Shown: piece by piece, positions 7,357 through 11,633 of the stretch
How the letters are laid out: each line of letters begins with the position of its first letter
How positions within the stretch are numbered: position 1 is the stretch's first letter
DNA from: Perkinsela sp. CCAP 1560/9
Taxonomy: Eukaryota > Protista > Euglenozoa: Kinetoplastea
DNA length: 11,633 nucleotides
Direction of reading: 5' to 3'
Assembly (NCBI GenBank): GCA_965644495.1
Contig: CBFFSA010000091.1
Coordinates: 1 to 11,633, forward strand
The notes under the pieces: model-generated
What the model was told of the DNA's origin: nothing
What the model saw: the letters and a program-made list of their open reading frames with translations, nothing else
Databases searched by the model: none
Made by a program: the position numbers and the translations under genes

Positions 7357-9717
7357 ATGCATTCTCGTTTCTTTCTTTTGGTTTTTGTGTTGATCACTCT
7401 TTGGGGAAATGGATTGTTGGGCCATCGGTCTCACAAAATCATTGCCAGGCAAAATGAAGGTTGGTTTCCAGATGATTTAGAAATTCAAGTTGGTGATTCT
7501 GTGACTTTTGAATGGATGAATTCAAGCCCCCAAAACCTTCTTGTTCATGCCTTTCCACGATTAGGCAGGTTCCATTTTATTAAATTTAATTTTAAAAGAA
7601 AAGAAAAGAAAAAAGAAAAGGGGTCTCTTTTGTTGTCCTGGGTCTGAAAAAAAAACTCTTCATTTTATTTTTGTTGTACAGGGGTTGGGTGTACCGAGGT
7701 GGGAGTGAAAAGAAAGGTGATTTAGAAGGATCTTTTACATTGAACAATTTGACAGAGGGAACTGCCACCTTCATCTCTGAACCTCAAGGCAGTAAAGGCT
7801 CTCTTCACATTTGTTTGCTCTTTTTTCTTTCTCTCGACATTCTATTCTTTCTCTCCTTCTATTTCTCCTTTTACTTTTTTCGGAAGATAATGTTTTCATT
7901 TTTGAGGTCCCCATGGTGGTTGCCAAGACCCACCAGAAAATTGTCGAGAAAGCTTTCCAAAACCGAATGTGTCTTCTTTTCTTCTCTCAGAATATTGTTT
8001 TGATCAATTTTGTGATTTGGTTGGAACAGAAAAAGAGATCTTTGTTCTTTTGAAGAATGCTGCTGAAATATATCTTGCAAATGATTCTGACACTGTCCTT
8101 GAAAGATCTAGTCTCCTCATTGATGCAACAAATGGAATTATTTTGGAAGTAGGTACCACAGCAGCCATCAGTCACCGATTGAATAATACGCAGAAATCTT
8201 CTTCCTTTTCTCTGATCGAAATCGATCTTAATTTTGAGAGTTCAATCATCCCAGGGCTCGTTGGAATGCATGAACATTTATTCTATCCAGGGAAGGGAGG
8301 AACTCTCTTGTACAGTATCCAAACAAGTTCTTCACCACTTCTTTATCTTGCTCGCGGTGTTACAACTGCTCGAACAACAGGTAACCCCACACTACTTTTC
8401 TTCCTTTTTTCTCGTGATTTTTTCTCTCTTTGCATCACTCACCCACCATCTCCTTGGAAAAAACTCTTAATTGTAATTCACAGGATCAATGCATCCATAC
8501 GCTGATCTCTTCCTCCATCGCAGCATAACACAAGGAGTTGCTGTTGGGCCTCGATTTTTACCAACTGCTCCTTATCTGGATGGGAATTCTACTGTGATTC
8601 CACAATTTTATCCATCTCCTGATCCAAATAGTACTGTTGCAATGATGGAGAGTTGGAGAATGCAAGGTTTTAATGAAAAGAATGCAGGTGGGGGATGGAA
8701 GAGTTATATGTGGCTCACTCGTGATCAAATTGCTTCAGCAATTCAAGATGCGCATGCAAATGGCGAAAAAGTAACTGGTTCATTTTTCCTTTCTTTTTTT
8801 TCTTTCTTTTTTTTCTGAATATTTTTTTTCCACACATCTTAGGTCATCTTTGTAGTGTGACTTGGAATGAAGCTCTTGACCGAGGAATCAACAACCTCGA
8901 ACACGGTTTAATGGTTGCCAGTGATTTTGTTCCCGACAAAGTGCCAGACGAATGCCCTGACAATGTTGTTCAAGTTTTAGTTAACTTAGACTTGAACAGT
9001 CAGCCCGTTCAAGATCTAATTGACCGTCTTGTGCAAACAGGAGTTCCAGTAACATCAACTCTCGCAGTTTTTGAAGCACTGATCCCACATCGTCCTCCAC
9101 TTTCTCGGGTCCCACTTCGTGTACTGATTGATGAAGCAGCTGAAGGATATCTTCAAGTTCGAAAGGAAATTGCTCTTATTAATTCTACTCTTTATTCTCA
9201 GGCTCTTGCAAAAGAAATGGAGTTTGAACTTATGTTGGTACAAAAAGGGGGGAATTTGGTTGCGGGTGCTGATCCGACTGGTGTTGGTGGTGTTGTTGCA
9301 GGTTTTTATTTTTTAAATCCATTTTTTTTTTCCATTTTCCATTTTCTTGTTCCATTTTTTTTTCTTTCTCTCTCTCTCTCTCTTTTTTTAACTCCAAATT
9401 TTCAATTACGAATGATAATATTTCAACAAGGGTACGCTGATCTTCGAGGGATTGAACTTCTTGTGGAAGCAGGTTTTACAATTCCAGAAGCCATCGGAAT
9501 CACAACAAGAAATGGAGCAAGATATTTGGGTCCATCATATCAAAAATGTGTTGGTGGTTTAGGTGCTGGTTTTTTGGCTGATTTTTCTCTTGTTAAAGGG
9601 GTTTTGTCTGAGGATGTTGCGAATATTCAAGATGTTTATGCTGTTTTTCATGATGGGTTTGGCTTCGATTCTGAGAAGTTAATCAAGGCTTCGACTCGAA
9701 CTGTTTCTTGGGTTTAA
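7357..9717 (+). CDS. Predicted secreted metal-dependent amidohydrolase (amidohydrolase superfamily, bacterial-like subfamily) with signal peptide and N-terminal cupredoxin-like domain, ~618 aa. Exons 7357..7568, 7682..7812, 7907..8380, 8484..8777, 8843..9301, 9431..9717
   Basis: Five introns give 1857 nt = 619 codons. N-terminus MHSRFFLLVFVLITLWG is signal-peptide-like. Amidohydrolase motifs: IIPGLVGMHEH, LYLARGVTTARTTGS, WKSYM, AHANGEKVTGHLCS, GINNLEHG, LVAGADP, IELLVEAGFTIPEAIGITTRNGARYLG, GFLADF. The splice junctions rebuild the motifs RTTG/S, VTG/HLC and VAG/YAD. The 7813-7906 junction (GAG acceptor) and the status of 7969-8037 are less certain. Confidence 0.88.
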
Positions 9718-9731
9718 TATTATAAAGTTAA

Positions 9732-9737
9732 AATAAA
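9732..9737 (+). terminator. Candidate polyadenylation signal AATAAA for the amidohydrolase gene
   Basis: AATAAA 15 nt after the stop codon; a second copy lies at 9824-9829. The AT-rich context limits significance. Confidence 0.35.
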
Positions 9738-9875
9738 ATCCAATGTTTTTTTAAAAAAACATTCAAGAATGTATTGTTGATAAGCTGAGAAGAGTTCTAA
9801 GTTTCAATATGAGTGGGTCGTGAAATAAAAACCGTCTTATTCAATGTTCAGGAAATGAAATCATTCTCTCAATAT

Positions 9876-11168
9876 TTAAAATTTCCTCACCCTTCTTGGT
9901 TCAATTTGAAGTGAAAGTTGATAAAGTTGTTCTGGATCAATTGTGTTCAAATTTCTAAAACATTCCATAACAATTGGATCTTCTTGAAAGGGGAATGATG
10001 TTGTTTTCTGAAACTGTTCAATCTCTCTAATTACTCGACAAGTTAGCTGTCTCTTTTGAATGTTAATTTTGTTCAAATGCAAATCATGATTCCCTTCATC
10101 AATAAAAGCCAAATCTCTTAAGAAAGTCCCAAGATACGGAATAGCAGGAGGTTTGATTGTTGATACAAGATTTCGATATGCCCAAAAACCCCTCTCTGGG
10201 CTAAAAAGTTTTTCTATCTCTTCGGACATTCCCCTAATTTCATTTGGAGTCGCTTCCTTTGTGAGTTTGAGACGTTGCACTACCGAGTTCTGGAAACCAG
10301 CCATCAACTTCATCGCCCCATTGAAGTTGTGTAAACGAAAACAAACAAACGCAGTTCTCACAATTTTACAATAAATCTCAACTCTTCTCTCAAAACTTTG
10401 TTCTGAAACAATCACAGATGCCACCCAACAAGAAAAATCGTTAAAATCTGTCATGAATCTTCGAATATTTGGGCATCGATGAAAATGGGCTTTTCCTCGA
10501 TTCCACACTTGATCCAGGAATTCACGCTTTTGAATTCTTTGATACATTCGAACATCATTTAATGTCACCTGTTGAGCAAAAGTTGTTTCATCTAAACTCA
10601 ACAACAGTTTATCAACATTGGTTCCAGGGGGTAGGAGTGTTTCTGAGACATCAAGAGTGATGGTGGTGGTGGTGGGAAGTAACAAAGGTTCGATCTTCTT
10701 TTGGAGAATTGAAATAATTTCTTCAGCAAAAACACCCCACCCACCAGATTGAAATGTTTTGGTCAACTCACTCAATTCTTTGATCGTTTCTTCATCAACA
10801 AAATCTCGAGGTTCTGATTCCATCCAACAAAGAAGAAACCGAACCACACGAGACTGCACTTTCGAACACCATTTCAAATCACCACCCTCTCCCTCTTTGT
10901 TCATCAACTGTTTTGGGATATTGTATCTCTCAATCATCTTTCGAAACAACTTCTTGGATGTGGTAAAACTTGGATGAGTCAAAATTACATCATCCCAGAG
11001 TTGTTGTTGTTGTTGTTGTTCTTCTTCTTTAACATCAGTCATAAAAATAATCAGTTGATTCAAGGATGTTGCTGCTAGAATTCCTTGAGACTTGTCGAGA
11101 ATCAAGTTCTCTCCAACTTTTGTTTCTTCATCCCAAAGATTGTCATCATCAACTTTTTCGTCACTCAT
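9876..11168 (-). CDS. Ras-family guanine-nucleotide exchange factor (REM + CDC25 catalytic domain), ~430 aa, intronless
   Basis: A single uninterrupted ORF from ATG 11168. REM motifs: AATSLNQLI, ILTHPSFTTSKKLF, RVVRFLLCW. CDC25 motifs: FAQQVTL, CPNI, FNDFSCWV, LHNFN, VQRLKLT, PPAIPYLGTFLRDLAFIDEGN, KINIQKR, terminal SLQIEPR. Confidence 0.95.
   Translation of the reverse strand: MSDEKVDDDNLWDEETKVGENLILDKSQGILAATSLNQLIIFMTDVKEEEQQQQQQLWDDVILTHPSFTTSKKLFRKMIERYNIPKQLMNKEGEGGDLKWCSKVQSRVVRFLLCWMESEPRDFVDEETIKELSELTKTFQSGGWGVFAEEIISILQKKIEPLLLPTTTTITLDVSETLLPPGTNVDKLLLSLDETTFAQQVTLNDVRMYQRIQKREFLDQVWNRGKAHFHRCPNIRRFMTDFNDFSCWVASVIVSEQSFERRVEIYCKIVRTAFVCFRLHNFNGAMKLMAGFQNSVVQRLKLTKEATPNEIRGMSEEIEKLFSPERGFWAYRNLVSTIKPPAIPYLGTFLRDLAFIDEGNHDLHLNKINIQKRQLTCRVIREIEQFQKTTSFPFQEDPIVMECFRNLNTIDPEQLYQLSLQIEPRRVRKF
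11001..11027 (-). repeat. Trinucleotide microsatellite (GAA)3(CAA)6 encoding EEEQQQQQQ in the REM domain
   Basis: ttg x6 followed by ttc x3 on the + strand. Confidence 0.85.
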
Positions 11169-11254
11169 TTCCAACCAAACCCCTCCCAATACCAAACCCC
11201 AAAAACAAAAAGAAAAAGTGAAAGACAGTTTTTTTCACCTTCGAAAAGACCAAA

Positions 11255-11452
11255 CTTTTTTTTTCGGCGCAACGATTTTTTTTTTCTTTTTTTGTTTGTT
11301 TTTTATTTTCTTTGAGTTTTTGTTTTCTTTTTCTTTTTCTTTTTCTCTTTTGTCTTTCATTTTTCACTTTTTTTCTTTCTTTTTTTTCTTTCTCATTTTT
11401 TTCTTTTTCATTTTTTTCTTTTTCTTTTTCTTTTTCTTTCTTTTTTCTCTTT
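11255..11452 (+). repeat. Long T/C-rich low-complexity tract in the divergent intergenic region
   Basis: Almost pure T/C with TTTTTC-like units. Confidence 0.8.
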
Positions 11453-11504
11453 ATGGCGAATCCGGGAGTGTGGGTGGTGATTATCATTCTTATTGGCCTT
11501 TCTG
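11453..11504 (+). CDS. Probable first exon of a 3'-truncated gene with an N-terminal signal peptide or anchor (MANPGVWVVIIILIGLS...)
   Basis: The ATG starts an island of normal composition within poly-T and encodes a hydrophobic helix. It is followed by a G|GTTCTC donor-like site (11505) matching this window's donor style, then intron-like T-rich sequence to the window end. Confidence 0.45.
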
Positions 11505-11633
11505 GTTCTCTTTTCTTTGTTATGAAATTGGAAGATTGATTTTTTCTTTTCTTTGTTTCTCACATTTTTTTTTCTCTTTCTTTTTTTCTTTTTCTTTTTT
11601 TCTTTTTTCTTTTTTTTTTTTTCTTTTTTTCTC

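Noticed and set aside
6889-7452. 187-aa - strand ORF across the divergent promoter
   Set aside because: The Lys-rich part comes from poly-T/A tracts and the rest is off-frame or antisense to real exons. It has no recognisable domain.
7357-9717. Amidohydrolase as bacterial contamination or a frameshifted pseudogene
   Set aside because: The frame breaks are explained by GT..AG introns of host style that restore conserved motifs exactly, and the flanking genes are eukaryote-specific.
3035-11168. RhoGEF and RasGEF proximity as a functional signalling cluster
   Set aside because: Both families are commonly large in amoeboid protists, so proximity by chance is likely. This cannot be supported without synteny data.
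11261-11272. TTTTCGGCGC, an E2F-like site in the second divergent spacer
   Set aside because: It is an imperfect match to TTTSSCGC, occurs once, and has no supporting evidence.
11161-11539. Lys/Glu-rich (11161..11487 -) and Phe-rich (11312..11539 +) ORFs
   Set aside because: These are translations of the poly-pyrimidine tract; only the ATG at 11453 onward looks coding.

Overview
Eukaryotic (protist-like, plausibly amoebozoan; the taxon is inference) genomic DNA. It is gene-dense, with short T-rich spliceosomal introns, so the six-frame ORF track is fragmented. Splicing by hand gives four genes plus the probable start of a fifth, in alternating orientation. (1) A 5'-truncated + strand nuclear-type protein with acidic and Ser/Pro low-complexity regions and two related winged-helix-like repeats (6 exons, stop at 2965). 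(2) An 11-exon - strand DH-PH RhoGEF (~1030 aa) with a Pro/Ser/RGG-rich N-terminus and two CRIB-like motifs. (3) A 6-exon + strand predicted secreted protein (~618 aa): signal peptide, a cupredoxin-like domain lacking all four copper ligands, and a bacterial-type binuclear amidohydrolase, a candidate domesticated horizontal transfer. (4) An intronless - strand REM-CDC25 RasGEF (~430 aa). (5) A possible first exon with a hydrophobic N-terminus at the right edge. The 20 inferred introns share an unusual splice code: 17/20 GTT donors, no GTRAG, U-tracts at the 5' end, and frequent AAG acceptors. All gene models are manual predictions; no database search was run.
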